From: Eledone cirrhosa
Lineage: Eukaryota
Assembly: GCA_964016885.1 (NCBI GenBank)
Contig: OZ024741.1
Coordinates: 356,810,001-356,874,000 of the forward strand
Length of the DNA stretch: 64,000 bases
Reading direction: 5' to 3'
In this document: positions 35,341 to 48,996 of the stretch, piece by piece
How the letters are laid out: each line of letters opens with the position of its first letter
Position numbering within the stretch: position 1 is the stretch's first letter
Translations under genes and position numbers: made by a program
The notes under the pieces: model-generated
What the model saw: only the letters and a program-made list of their open reading frames with translations
Database searches by the model: none
What the model was told of the DNA's origin: nothing

Positions 35341-36853
35341 AGATTATGGCATGGCACAAGGCTAGTAATTTTGGGGGAAGGGAAAGTCGATGAAATCAAC
35401 CCCAGTGCGTGACTGGTACTTTATTTTATCAACCTTATATGGATGAAAGGCAAAGCTAACCTCAACGAGACTTGAACTCAGAACTTAAAGATCTGTAACA
35501 CCATCCTGCAAAGTATAATGTCCAACGCTCTACTGATATTGCCAATCCTCCGCTCTAATAATGAGAAATTTACTTGTATAACTAAATCTCTTCAAATTCT
35601 TGATTATTTTTTTAATTATCTGAAGATGATACATAGGCAGTGTTTTTCATTAGAAATATGACAATGAAAGAATTAATATCAGACAAATATCAAGCTAGTT
35701 AGATAAGGTGCACTTAAACAAACATACCCATCCTACATTGTTGTTGTTCTTCTTGGAAGTAAGGCTACTAGCCACATGCTCTGTCCCTCCTCATTTCCCA
35801 ACACAGGCTGAAACTTAGTGTTTCAAAGTCAAGGGAGTGGGGTCCATAACCCTGGATAAGGACCCATATCAGGTACTGTCAGCTGGAGCCAGCTGAACCC
35901 AAGAGGTACATATAAGTGTATGTGTGTGCATGCATATTGGCTTTTCCTATCAAATCTGTCCTGTGATTATTTTTCTCAGCTATACTAACTACATATATGT
36001 AGTGCATGTGGAGAAACAGCAGCTCTACCTGAAGTGACTCCTTCATTTCTGAGCTATGCACCCTATCGAGTAACGTTACTCCAGAGATCCTTCACTGGTA
36101 CCCCGTTTTTTAGTTTTAATTTTATTATTAGTAATTTTATTCAATATAATCCCATACAAATTATTATTTTTTTTTTTTGTTACTTATAGAATTTTTATGG
36201 CAGTAAAAGAATACAACAAAACTCTATGTATATTTATTATACATAAACATATTGTATATGGGTCATATATATACCTTTATTGTGAACCACAGTGTTATTG
36301 CTATCCTTAATTAACTCTTTACGTCCTGTATCACAAGATACTTCAAATTTTCAAAACAATATATTCACTAGTAAAGACACTATTAAAAAATATATAAATT
36401 AACAAACTCATTTTTAGATATTTTCTAAATCATTACAAGATGTTAAGTGTTCATACTAGCCAATCAAGCCTCCACTATATGTAAAGAAGCTAACCAGAAA
36501 ATCTATAAGAAGATGGAATTTGTAGATATTTTTTTCTGCCTCAGTAACCTTTAGTAAGCATTGCTAATGATGGATGAAAATATCTTGAAATACATGTATA
36601 CAAAAGTCTTACATGGATACTGGGGTAGCTGGGATAAGATTACAGCTTAAAATACTCACAGTGAGACTATATGTATGTTTATTGTACCTAAACATACAGT
36701 ATATGTGTCCATATATATCTTTATTGTGAAAGAGTGTTGCAACAAAATTTGCCTGGTAAAAAGGGGTTGTGAGAAAACAAATATATTTATATAATTAAAA
36801 TTAAAACATATCATTTATATAACTAAATTAAAAATGTATTTCATTTTCTCCAG

Positions 36854-36986
36854 ATTCTGCAGCCCCTACTTGTTGAACATTTTTCTTATGAAGAGTTGAA
36901 AGAAATTCAAACTCAAGTCATTGATCACCATACCCACTTAGAACATAAAGATTATGTGACCGAATTGTACCAAAATCTTCTACATG
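36854..36986 (+). CDS. FBXL5: FBXL5 coding exon 3
   Basis: ctccag acceptor; ILQPLLVEHFSYEELKEIQTQVIDHH (cf. VFQPMLMEYFTYEELKDIK); 133 nt, phase-1 donor GTAAG. Confidence 0.93.
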
Positions 36987-37915
36987 GTAAGAGTAATTAT
37001 TTAACCAATACTGACCCATTGTCATGAAGCCAGTGAGTTTAAGTAGCTAATAATATGCTACATTTGTTGAAATCTAGCATATTATTAGCTAGTTAGATTG
37101 CTGTTGGTCAAATGAAAAGAGTATGGTGAATAACCATCTTATTTAACCCTTTCATTACCATATTTCTAATGAAAGGCACAGCCTGTAATTTGGTGTCAGA
37201 AGGGTTAGTAAATAAAATTCATAGTGGTCTAAGATGGTTGTTTATTTTCGTTCTTCTGACTGGTTATTATTGAAATTTTATTATTGATCAAAGGGCAGTA
37301 TTTGTTGTGGCTCTTTATGTTGAGCTCAAATCCTGCCTCAGTCAACTTTGCCTTTTGGCCTTCCCTTGTTGACAAAATAAAGTACCAGTCAAGTACTGGG
37401 GTTGATGTAATCAACTGTTCTTCTGCTCTCCAAATTGCAGGCCTTGTGCCTAAATTATTAACGAACATTTATTGCTGAGAAACCTAGATAAGCAATTAGA
37501 TTGTATTGATATCTTACTATACTGGTCTTTTTCGTTTAGAATAGATCATCATGTTACTGTAAACAGAAATAGAAGACTTAAATAGAAATAAAGCAATTTA
37601 TTTCTATATTTGCATTAAAAAATTTCACAGATTGTTGATAACTTTTCTTGGATTTTGTTATCTTCCCATACTGACAAATATGCCATCTTGAATTCTCTAC
37701 GGCAATAAGTATCATGTCTTTCTCAAGATTACACATCATTTTGTGTTTGCTTTTGATGCTGGCAAGAGTTGAACTTGTTGTCATGGTCTGAGTTAGTTCT
37801 TCTTCAGACTTACTAAAAATAAAATGTCAGTAGTTGGATTATGCATGAAGTTGTTTAGTTTATCCCTTTCTTGCAATGTCTAGGCAATATATTTCAATTT
37901 CCTTTATTTATTTAG

Positions 37916-38155
37916 ACACCTTTTATGGTAACACAGAATCCAAAATGAAAGAAGCCAAAGAAAAAGAGATATGTGACAAGAAAGAAACTTCTGTTTTAGT
38001 TGAGCAACAATTACCTGATGAAGTATGGTTACAAATTTTCTCTTTTCTCAATCCACTTGAGCTGATGCACTGTTCTAAGATATCTGTAAACTGGAATCGA
38101 CTCTCTATGGACCCATCTCTTTGGACAGTACTTAATCCAACATATTGGACTAAAG
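37916..38155 (+). CDS. FBXL5: FBXL5 coding exon 4 (F-box)
   Basis: tttag acceptor; LPDEVWLQIFSFLNPLELMHCSKISVNWNRLSMDPSLW; 240 nt, phase 1 to 1; GTAAG donor. Confidence 0.93.
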
Positions 38156-38793
38156 GTAAGTATATAAAAATATACACAGTGCTTTAGAATAATAAGGTAT
38201 GGTAAAGGGCCCTTAACTCTTGAAGGAGTCATAGGTGTGTCTTGGGTGTTTTAAACTTGGCAGAGCTCATCTCTCTCAAAGTCTGAACATAGCCGATTTC
38301 TTCCAGAGAAAGAAAAAAAATTGACCTGGTACTTTATCAACCTCAAAAGGATGAAAGGTAAAGTTAAATTCAGAGTACAGAAAGCTGGAACAAATACAGA
38401 GGTATTTTTAATCTGACGCTCCTACTGACTCTGCCAATTCACCACCTTTACAATAATAGATAGTAATACAAACATTTTATGGCCATTTCCCTGCTAAACC
38501 AGGGGTCAGTTTTGCAGGCACTATGACGTGACACTCACACAACCACTTTACATTGTGGACTGGATACATTTTGTTTAGTGTGAGGGTGGGGTGGTCATGT
38601 TTTTATTTTATTTTCTCTCATTTTACATGTTAACTATGACATTTGTTCTATTAACATTAATTAATTTCCTTGTCTATCTAGTTAATCCTTTTGATACCAA
38701 CCCAACTGAAACCTTTCCTCATTTTATGATACAAAACTTCTCATTTTAAAGTGTTCTTATTTAAATTAAAACCATCATCATAATTTTATTTAA

Positions 38794-38987
38794 CCCTTTA
38801 GCATTTACTATTATATTTTCATGGTAAAGGCTTTACTTCACATAATTATCTCACATAAATCGAATCTATGAGATTTTGATATTATTTATTTTGAGACCAA
38901 TGCCTTAACATCAGTATGAACGGCCGGTTTGAACAGAAAGAGGTGAGGCAATTCTGGACAGATATGGCTGGTTTAAATACTAAAGGG
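38794..38987. mobile_element. TTAA-flanked (piggyBac-like) MITE family D
   Basis: TTAA-CCCTTTAGCATTTA...TAAAT(G/A)CTAAAGGG-TTAA; copies at 54911-55096 and 62022-62242, about 41795-42207 (opposite orientation), partial copies near 24240-24420 and 27206-27370. Confidence 0.85.
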
Positions 38988-39422
38988 TTAAGAACTTTTG
39001 TTATGTAATGTTTCAAACATTGGATTAATAATGAAAAAGTTGAAGTATATTACTAAATCATTCCAAATTTTTCATTATTTTCAAAATATATTGAAACACA
39101 TTGGTTGTATATTTCATTAGAAATAGGGTAACAATGGTTAAGCATGTCACACGTGAGAGTCCAGTCACCAATACCTAGATTTGATTCATATTCTTATCAC
39201 TTATATACTGACTCTTTTCAAATTTTCCCATTCTAGCTCTGCTGCTTTAGTTTGCCATTCATTAACGTTTTCCTTACCACACCTCTCAGATGCCCTCACG
39301 GTGAATGCCATAAAAATCTGATGCTCTAACAACTATGAAAGAGACTACCTATAATTTTCAAATCATTTTGAAAATAATCAAAACTTTGGAAGTATTTAGT
39401 AATATAACATTCTAATTATTAA

Positions 39423-39693
39423 CCTCTTCAGTGCCGTAGACGAGATAACTCGTCCTAACTTGTATGCATTCCAGTGCCACGGACAAGATAACTCGTTCTA
39501 ACATATTTGAACTCATTTCCAACAGTTCATAACTTCAAAGCTAGATGGGGTTACTAGTTTATTGATGTGACACTTGTCAATCATTCAGGTATGTGTTGTT
39601 AATAAATGTTTGTTTAAAAAAATAGTCATTTTACTGGAAAAAAACCTGGCACAGCTACTGTAGCTGTGTAAAATATATGCGGGAGTCAACAGG
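39423..39693. mobile_element. TTAA-flanked MITE (third family) nested in a family-C MITE
   Basis: TTAA-CCTCTTCA...TCAACAGG-TTAA interrupts the family-C string ATTATTAA|GCTGGTGTTT. Confidence 0.75.
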
Positions 39694-39854
39694 TTAAGCT
39701 GGTGTTTAGAACATAAATGTTCTTGCATAAAATTATGATAGAATGTTTTAGTTAAATATAAACACTTTAAACAGCTTTGTATCAGAGAATAAAGGGTGGT
39801 TTCAAATGTTTTGGTATGTAAAGGGTTAAGTACAATTACATTGTTTCTCTACAG

Positions 39855-39982
39855 GTTTCTGGACATTTAAAAGTGATGAAATTTTGCTGGAAGAAGTGGC
39901 CCTTTCTGGTGTCTGCCCGCAAACTGCCATCCTGTTTGATGAAGATGCTGATATTGATGAGTCTACCAATACCCCTAGCAAG
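39855..39982 (+). CDS. FBXL5: FBXL5 coding exon 5
   Basis: ctacag acceptor; GFWTF...LFDEDADIDES (the conserved DEDADIDES motif); 128 nt; GT donor at 39983. Confidence 0.93.
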
Positions 39983-40299
39983 GTAAATTACTTTACTGTA
40001 CTAAAATCTGTAAACATAGACATATATACATACATATTTAATAACATGTACAGGCATGGTTGTGTGGATAAGGAGTTTGCTTCACAACTTTGTGATTTGG
40101 GGTTCAGTCCTACTTCTTGGCACCTTGAACAAATACTGGGGGTCAATATAATCAACAAAATCCGTTTAAGATGATATTACAGCATAATTACAATATAATA
40201 GCCGAAACCAGTATTTAAAAAAATGAAAAGAATATATGTGTATTTATCTGTTATAAAAGTTGCGACAGTTACATTTAAGTATAAGGTGTGTATGGAAAG

Positions 40300-40870
40300 A
40301 GACTGTGGTGAGCTGGTGTAAACATGGAAGGTAAGAAGGTAAATGGAACTCAGCAGCAGCAGCCAGGATGCGATATGCATGGAGAAAGTTTTGGGAACTG
40401 AATGGTATGCTAATGAGGACAGGAGTGTCACTGAAACTAAAGGGAAAGGTGCATGCTGCATGTGTGAGAAATGTCATGATTTATGGGAGTGAAACATGAG
40501 GCAACAGAGAAGGCTGGAAAGAACAGTAATGAGAATGGTCTTGTGGTTGAGTGGAGTATCGCTCAGAGAAAAGACAAACAATGAATTGCAGAGGATGATG
40601 GGATTAGAACCATTGATGACTGTTATGAAGAGAAATGGAATGAGATGGCTGGGTCATATGTTGAGGAAGGATGACTTATAGGAGTGATGGAAATGAATGG
40701 GGAAGGAAGTAAAGGAAGAGGAGGACCAAGAAAGATATGGCTAAAGATGATGAATAGGAAATGAAAACCAGGGATTTTTAGAGTAGAGATACAGACAATA
40801 TGCAAAATAGAGAGGTTTGTCATAGAGCCACAAGGCTAACACCTGCCTTAGCAGGGAAAATGATCTTAAA
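40300..40870 (+). pseudogene. Degenerate RTE LINE 3' remnant
   Basis: AWRKF.EL, LKLKGKVHAACVRNVMIYGSET, MRWLGHMLRK; similar remnants at about 52615-53070, 53355-53880, 55735-56160, 57450-57810. Confidence 0.7.
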
Positions 40871-40904
40871 CTCATTCATTATTGTATTTCTAATGACAAT
40901 TAGA

Positions 40905-41020
40905 AGGCATGTGGCTGAGTGGTTAGAGAATTGGATTCACAATCTTGAGGTTGTGAGTTTGATTCCTGGACCAGGCGATGCATTATGTCCTTGAGCAAGA
41001 CACTTTATTTCATGTTACTC
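40905..41020 (+). mobile_element. tRNA-headed SINE (distinct family, CORE-like body)
   Basis: GTGGCTGAGTGGTTAG A-box, GTTTGATTCC B-box, then GTCCTTGAGCAAGACACTT; antisense copy at about 27640-27786. Confidence 0.65.
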
Positions 41021-42745
41021 CTTCTACCTGGAGTTGCGACCGATAGATAGTACTAGCAACTGGAAAAACCGACGAAAACATTGTTTCCTCAATCCAATTT
41101 GACAAAAGTCGATCGATCCTTTAATGACAATTTATACTATAATTAATTAATGAAGAATTCGGGAAAGATTTATTAAATTTCGATGGTATTTGTAACATAA
41201 CAAAATACTCTTATATGAGATTATGTTGAAAAGTTTTAATTCAAGCTGACACCCTTTAAAATAGAAGTAGATGCAGTTTTGGGTGGGTTGTATCAAAAGG
41301 GTTAAAATGCTTGTTGCCGTAATAAAGGTTGTGTTGTTTGATTTTTCTAGTTTTGACATTTTTCACCTGATAGTTATAGCTTTGATGAGTCAGCAAATTT
41401 TGACATTTGCAAAAATTGTAAAAAATTTTTCTCTGCTTCACACTAAGCTATCAGTTAAGAAATAAGAGTGATATTTCTATAATCACTATACCATTCCATG
41501 GCCATGCGCCCATAGCTCTTTATGGAGTCATAGGTGTGCCGTCCAGACATACGCGATGTCCTGGGCATTTTAAACCTGGTAGAGTCTATCCTTCTCTAGA
41601 TTTGAACACTGCTGACATTTAGAGGAAGAATTGACCACAGTATTAGACTGGTATTTTATTTATTGACTTCAAAAAGACAAAAGTAAAGTTGATCTTGGTG
41701 GGATTTAAACTCAGAGTGCAGAAAGCTGGAGTAAATAACACAAAGTATTCCATTTAACATTCTAATGACACTACTAATTCGCTGCCTATATTTAAGCCTT
41801 TAGCATTTAAACCAGCCATATCCGGCCAGAATTCTCTCACTTCTGTCTGTCCAAACCGGCCGTAATCGGCTGCTTATACTTATGTTAAAGTATTGTTCTC
41901 AAAATAAATATCAAAATCTTGTAGATTCAGTATTATGTGAGATAATTATATGAAATAAAGTGTTTACCACGGAAATACAATAGTAAATATAAAGTAATAA
42001 TAATAATAATGAAATTATTGTGTACAGTGCTCAGGTGCACTACAACTCATCAAAGGTGCATGTATAGTACATAGAATAATGTACAAATGTCAGGAAAATA
42101 AACAGTGTATGAGTCATGATATAATAACAATAACAATAATGAAATATTGTGCACAGTGCCCAGGTGCACCACAACCCATCAAAAAAAGTTATGTTAATGC
42201 TAAAGGGTTAATTACTAGACAAACAAATTAATACATCTTGCCAATGGTTGGGTTTGCTCAGAACATTAAAACACGCTCCTATGGTGTACTCATCAATGAA
42301 TCTTAAGAGGCACACATGAAGCAGAAACAAATATGAGCTCCACAAAGCTTGGTCACTTTGAATTTCAGATAAAGCCACAGACAACATGTACCTTACATGT
42401 GACTAATTCTGTGTCACAATTGAAATTACCAGCCACATACACATAAAACCTAATTTATCATGTAGCTAAAGTTATAGTCTTCATTGACTACTGATGGACA
42501 AACAGCAATGCACATTCCTCTGCCTGTCCAGTTTACTTGAATTTAAAATTCTTCTTCATTCTTGGCATTAGGAACAGCATCTGGCTGTAGAAGTTATACC
42601 AAATATGGAACATATGAGCAAGACATGCCACCACTCCCCAACCAGTTTAGACTCAAATTGGGACAACCTCTCCAACCTATATGGAAAGCAGATATGAAAT
42701 ATTGAGTATGATAATGATGATGATTCTTGCTCTTTTATTTTACAG

Positions 42746-42862
42746 TATTTTATTGAAAACAAATTCATGACATCATTAAGTGAGAGTCCCTTTTTGGAAC
42801 GAATTGGTCATGGTGTTCAGAAACTTGACCTAGCTTATTCTCATGGCATTACCGATGATTTG
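42746..42862 (+). CDS. FBXL5: FBXL5 coding exon 6
   Basis: ttacag acceptor; YFIENKFMTSL...IGHGVQKLDLAYSHGITDDL (cf. VGTSVKTLVLAYS); 117 nt; GTAAGT donor. Confidence 0.9.
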
Positions 42863-42930
42863 GTAAGTAATTTTCAGCTTTTTGACTTCTTTTAAAAAAT
42901 GTTTCACTTTTTAATTTTGAAGTGTTTTAA

Positions 42931-43403
42931 CCCTTTCATTACTATATCTTTAATGAAAGACAGTATGATTTCAAATAATTTTGAAAATAATCAAGAATTT
43001 GGAGGGATTTAGTAGAATAACTAACTTTTTCATTAAGCTGGTGTTTGGTACATAACTTAGGTCCTTGCATACAATTATGATGGAAGGTTTTTAGATAAAT
43101 ATAAACACTTAAAAATAAACAGCTATGTATTATAGAACCAGCAGCTGTTTCAGGCAATTTGGTATCAAAGGGGTTAACCCTTTCAATTACCATATTTGTA
43201 ATGAAAGATCACTGCCTGAAATTTGGAGAGATTTAGTACTATAACTAATTTTCTCATTATTAAACTAGTGTTTGGAGCATACTTAGGGAAATGATCTTAC
43301 AAAAAGTCATAATGGAAGATTTAAATTCACACATGGTACTTTAAAACCAGTAGCTTTTCAGCATAGAAAAGGAGCAGATTCGGACAGGTTAGCATCAAAA
43401 GGG
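42931..43403. mobile_element. Two tandem TTAA-flanked MITEs, family C (very abundant in window)
   Basis: TTAA-CCCTTTCATTAC...GGTATCAAAGGGG-TTAA (42927-43177) directly followed by a second copy sharing the TTAA and ending 43407; many other copies (e.g. near 38680-39140, 58580-58800, 59400-59660, 62295-62555, 63010-63250). Confidence 0.85.
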
Positions 43404-44227
43404 TTAATAAATAATTTGCTTTGTAACTTCTGTTTTAATAAAGCGATACTGTCCACTTTTTCCATCTCTTGGGACTTATGTTTCCAACTTGATTGATTAT
43501 TTTTTGTAGTAAAAAAACAAACCTGTGTTGAAGCAGCTAACTTTAAGCTAACATACATTCAGAATTTTCAAAAAGTCTTTACATATCAACCATGATTTGA
43601 TGTTCTCAAGGCTTAGACTTGCATAAGTTTAGCTAGCTTCTTATAAGAAACGTAACTTAAAAGAGGTTTTGTGGGTGCTTTAATGATAAGAGAGAGCCCC
43701 AGTCCTATCATGTCACCATTTTCTGGTGACAGATGGCAGAATTTGAACTAAGAATGCACAAGACCAGAAGAGATATCATAAGATACCCCATCTCATGCTC
43801 TAACTATTCCACCAAACCACCTCCCTAAACTGGTACTTAATTTGTTGACCCTGAAATAATGAAAAGGAAAACTGACTTGCAAAATTTGAACTCAGCTAGA
43901 ATCTCAGAACGAAGAAATATTTTGAAATTGTAATTGAATAAGAAAGGCACAGTTACTATGAGGATATAAATAGTTGTTGATCATGTGGCCCATTAGATTT
44001 GATTAACATTTATCAAATTGTGCTCTGGAGCAAGGTACATAACTCTTCCTTTTCAAGTAATTAACAGTAGGAAGGGTATCCAGCTGTAAAACACTTGCAA
44101 ATAAACCATCCCATCTAGGAAAAGATAATGCAAAATATAATGCAAAATAATTTTAAAAACAATCAAACAAAAAGATAAAAAAATGATTATATATTGGAAA
44201 ATGTGTGAGATCCTTGGTACAGTTAGG

Positions 44228-44383
44228 TATATATATATAAAGGAAAACAATAACTTCACTTGTAGTTGATATTCTATAACAATTTAATTTTATAATTTTC
44301 CTATGTAATAGCAAAATTATAAAATTAAATTGTTATAGAATACCAACTATAAGTGAAGTCATTATTTTCCTTATATATATATA
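44228..44383. repeat. Inverted repeat (about 75-bp arms, 3-nt loop) bounded by (TA)n
   Basis: AAGGAAAACAATAACTTCACTT...CCTAT-GTA-ATAGC...AAGTGAAGTCATTATTTTCCTT. Confidence 0.9.
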
Positions 44384-45231
44384 TGTATGAATATATTTTG
44401 CTTAGAAACTATTTCATATGACAGGTAAAGCCTGATAATGTCAGTCAGCCCCATACCAGTAATTAGTGCAGGTTTGTGGTTGTTTTGCCAGAAGAGTTGG
44501 GATATACTTTTGAAGGATGTATTTGATTTCTACATTTTCTTGTGCAGCAATGGTCTGGTAAGAGTGCTTGAATATAGGGTTATGGATAGTATTTACTTGA
44601 GTTTGTGGATAGCATTGGATTGGTGTAGATTTGTTTATGTTCAAGTTAAGGCAATTGAAGGTCTAAGTTATGTATATATATATCATATGAACTGAGTTCT
44701 CCATTAACAGGACTCTCGCATAGAGTGGGATTGGCTGCTATTGCATTTACAATAACAGCCATTAGATTGGTGTAGATTTATTTATGTTCAAGGTAAGGCA
44801 GTTAACAGTTTTATATATATATATGTGTGTGTAATGGGTATTACACTGCTCTTCTCTCCCTGGCTAAACAGTTAATGACAGGTAATTTAGAAGTAAAATA
44901 AGTAGTTATTACAAAAGACAATTTTTATTTAATTGCAAAATATGCTTTAAATATCATCATAGCAAAAATGAAAACAGTTGGGGTGGGGAAATATCTATAC
45001 CCTTGGCTTCACAATATATCCCAACTGCACACCTTGGACAAGATGGTGAAAGTGTTGCCACAGAGAACAGCTGGTGGTACCCATTGCATCAACCACTCTA
45101 TGTCATGGGGTTCTTTTCTGAGGCATGATACCCTCATCCCAATTATATATGATTGCCATTTATTTGCGATTTCTTTTTGTGTAAAATATCCTCATTCAGT
45201 TTCTATAATTAACACTTTGTTTACATTGCAG

Positions 45232-45314
45232 CTTCGAATATTTTTGACATATTGTCCTAACTTAGAATTCCTGGATATTTCCCAAACAAAAATCTCTGAT
45301 AAAGCATTCAAGAG
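45232..45314 (+). CDS. FBXL5: FBXL5 coding exon 7 (LRR)
   Basis: ttgcag acceptor; LRIFLTYCPNLEFLDISQTKISDKAF (cf. CPNLEHLDLTQTDISDSAF); 83 nt, phase-2 donor GTTAGT. Confidence 0.93.
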
Positions 45315-47309
45315 GTTAGTTTTTTTCATTTCTATCATTTATTGATACTGTCAATTACTTGACAATTGTCATGTTTTTACATTCCTCCTTCCATGCTTGC
45401 ATTGGTTAGACAGGTCCTTCTCAGCACAGCATCTCCCCACTCACCGTATTTCTTCATCAACTCTCACTACCTCTGCCCAATTCTTTCTTGGTCTACCTCA
45501 AATGCAGCTTCTTTCCAATGGCATTTCCTGGCACTTCTTCACCCATCAATTATCATCCATGCACTTCACATGTGCATACCAAAGCAGTCTTCTCTCCTGC
45601 ACACCACTTTGGGTTCCTCTTAAACCCAGTTTCTCCCTCAGTTCATCCAAGCTCTGCATTTCTCTCACATTTACATTGCACATCTAACAGATTATTTATT
45701 AATTTTTTTTTTTTGTACTCAAGTTATTAAACTCAATCATCATCTAATGGGTATGGCATTGTGCCCTAAAACAAAGCACATTATTCATATTTACTAGAGT
45801 TTAAGTGGAATTTATTAGTTTAAAGCAGCGAATTCGCCAACATTGGAACATCAGATATCCTGTGATATTTGTTCTGGATCTCTACATTCTGAGTCCAAAT
45901 CTCTTCATGATCAACTGTGTCTTTCATCCTTTTAGTATTAGTCCTTGACAGTGGATTAGTGGAATTATTAGAATCTTGGACAAGATGCCTTGCAGTATCT
46001 GTTCCAGCACATTGCATTCTGAGTTCAAATCCCACCCAATGGCTAGGGCTAACCATCTGACCACAGTCTCCACAACAGCAGTGGTAGGGAGGAGGGTTGT
46101 GGTTGTCTGCTAGGGCAGCCAAACAATGATGTTGAGAACTCTGCACTCTGACTTCAAATCCTTCACTTTACCTTTCATCCTTTTTGTGATGCTAAAGAAA
46201 GTAGTGCAGCCATTTCTCCTAGCTGTCATATTCTGGATGTTCTACTGGTTCAAGAGAAAAGTTGAAAGGGTGCTACTCTCTACTCGTGACTATATAGGTA
46301 CCTAGAACTCTTAGTGAAAGCATGGTACATATTACTAAGTCATAGTCAAGTGTGAGTAATGACTGTTTTATGTGTTTGTGTTGGCTGTCTTGTAGACTAA
46401 CAGGCTTGTTCATTGAAGAGATCTAATAAAATTGAACCATGTACATTGCTTTCACCAAGTTGGTTTAAAGACGAGGTTCACTCTGACTGCATTGTCTAAA
46501 ATTGTTTTAAGTAACTTGGATCAGTTCAGGCTTAAGTTCTTTCCCTTACTCCCTTCCCATTATCTGAACACATAAAGTTAGTTTCCGATTTGAAATTACT
46601 AGGATAACCTCCCCCATTCACCATATTCAGAATACTGAATATGTAATTGTAGGATGTCTGTGGTTTGCCAGCAATCCAATGACAGTAGAACCACCAAAAC
46701 TCTTATTTAATTCATTCCCTTTAAATGTTTTTCTGGATTTTTTTCTAGCATACGTTTTTATTCTTCTTTCCACCAAAAAATTCTTATTTAATTCATTCCC
46801 TTTAAACATTCTTTTCTGTTTTTTTGGCATTTATAATTCGTTTCAATTAAAAGTGTCCCAACTGTTAAGTAGTCATCTCTCCCCCAGACCCACCCTCACA
46901 CCATGCGAAATTGAATATGGTTCCCTCTGCTGAGAAACCCCTCTCGGTGTAGAAGTAGGTGTTGCATATATGCATAACCCTACATATAGGGAGGGCTGCA
47001 CGCTCTTGTAATATATACATGGCTATGTACATGCACATTCCCCTGCCAATCCACCCAGACTATATAGTAAACACTATACTCACTACATTAGAGATGAATA
47101 TGAGGCTCATGCAAACTATGATGGACCTAGCAACTAGAGGTGGCCCCAACTGTTGCTGGTACTTGCGGAAACTACAGATATCTGAGCGACTACACAATAC
47201 AGTACATGAAAGACCTCAATATACATGTATATCCTCTGACTGGTCGTGCTGTCCTACTACCCTTCAGACCCACGTTAATTGCATGACACCCATGCAGCCT
47301 CCTTATCAA

Positions 47310-47795
47310 ATGTGGAACTTAAGATTTGCCACTATCAATGTCAAAATAATGAAAGATAAGTGTGGTGAGATTGTGGAGATGGTAAAGAGGAGGTGAGTAG
47401 ATATGTGCTGTGTGCAAGAAGTAAGGTGGAGGGGTGCTTCAGCCAGACTCATCACAGGCAAAGAACAACAATACAAATTCTTCTGGGTTAGTAGGGAGAG
47501 ATGAATAGACCAGGTAATTGAGGTAGTCAGAGTGAGTCATAGAATGATTAAACTTAGACTAGCCTTGGGCAAAACTACAGCCACTATATTATTTGCATAT
47601 GCCCCACATGTTGGACTTGCCAATGAACAAAAGGATCCTTTCTATGAGGCCCTCCTACAGACTACCTCAGTAACAGATGACAGTGATCTTCTGATTGCAG
47701 CTGATGCACATGTTGGGAGACATTATGATGGATTCCCTGGTATACATGTAAGCTACAGTTATGACACAAGAAATGAGTAAGGAACTAGGCTTCTG
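47310..47795 (+). pseudogene. RTE-type LINE APE endonuclease remnant
   Basis: LRFATINVKIM...VDMCCVQEVRWRG...ILFAYAPHVG. Confidence 0.75.
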
Positions 47796-48139
47796 GTAAC
47801 CAACTACTTGGCCGATATGGGGTTTAAGACTTCCCCTTATACTCCTTACAGTCCAGACTAAGCCCTCGTGTGACTTTTGGATGTTCCCTGAAGCTGAAGG
47901 AGATGCTCAGGGATATCCGCTTTGAGGATGTGGAGGAGATGAAGGAGGCTGTGACAAGCGCCCTGGACACTTTCACTTTAGAGGACTACAAGGGAGCATT
48001 CCAGAAGTGGCTGGAGCACGACAACAAGTTCATTGAAGTTGGAGAATCCTATTTTGAGGGAGACTAGAGTTTTGTGTTGATCTGAGTTAAATAAATGTCT
48101 CTGATAAAAATCTCAAAACCTCTTGAGTGTACCTTATAT
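47796..48139 (+). mobile_element. Mariner transposon 3' remnant
   Basis: PYSPD*A../CDFWMFP, LKEMLRDIRFEDVEE...FQKW...GESYFEGD (YSPDLAP.D motif), then a mariner-like end ...TCTCAAAACCTCTTGAGTGTACCTTATA. Confidence 0.8.
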
Positions 48140-48153
48140 ATATTCATTTTACA

Positions 48154-48235
48154 TAGAAATGACTTCTACAGGACTAGAACTGTTTCATTCGTGTATTCGA
48201 ATGAAACTGTTCTTGTCTTGTAGAAGTCATTCCTA
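48154..48235. repeat. Imperfect inverted repeat (38-bp arms, 6-nt loop) with tail and (TA)n
   Basis: TAGAAATGACTTCTACAGGAC...TTTCATTCG-TGTATT-CGAATGAAA...GTAGAAGTCATTCCTA. Confidence 0.85.
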
Positions 48236-48438
48236 AATAAAATAAATATGCATTTTCTCTACTAACGTATTGCGTATCTTATTTAATTGTGGTTTCTTTC
48301 CAACCTCTTTAAAAAACCATCCTTAATTGTGTATATATATATGTATGTATGTATAAATTAAAATATTTGTTATATATATATGTGTGTGTGTGTGTATAGA
48401 TATACTGGTCTAATGTGATTCTACTTTATTCTTTTCAG

Positions 48439-48996
48439 CCTTGGTAAAAATGGTTGTGGCTATAAACTCCACCACCTAGATTTCACAGGATGCATTAACA
48501 TCACCGATAAAACTTTGAAAAAAATCGCACTGATTGTAAGAAATGCAGTGTCTGACTATAAATTGTTTCCAATTTTGAAACTTAAATGTTCTACAGAAGT
48601 GGAATCTTGTCCATGTCCATTAGTATCATTGCAGTGTGGTGGCAGCATGCAACATAAAAACAGCACAGATTTTCTGGCGTTTAAGAACAATGTTGATCTA
48701 CTACCAGATTGTTGCATTGGTTGCACCCTTCCAATGGTTTCTTGTCCCTTGAATGCAAATAAATATGAAAGTGTTGTCATGTACAACAGAGACAACTTAA
48801 GGACTTCAACTTCACTTAAGACATTTCAAAATGAATTGATGTCATACAGTGATTTTTTGACTTGTGATCGGACATTGGTTTTTGACAACAATGTGGAAAA
48901 TACGAAAATCACACCACAATCTTGTGATAAACAAAACAAAGGACTTACATATCTAAATCTATCTGGCTGCTTCCATATCACAAATGAAGGTCTGAG
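48439..48996 (+). CDS. FBXL5: FBXL5 coding exon 8 (LRRs with Cys-rich insert)
   Basis: tttcag acceptor; LHHLDFTGCINITDKTL...LTYLNLSGCFHITNEGLR (cf. LSLSGCYQITDHGLR); 558 nt, phase 2 to 2; GTAAGT donor. Confidence 0.93.

Noticed and set aside
40905-40975. tRNA gene
   Set aside because: A/B boxes present but no intact cloverleaf, and it continues into a SINE body; same for other SINE heads
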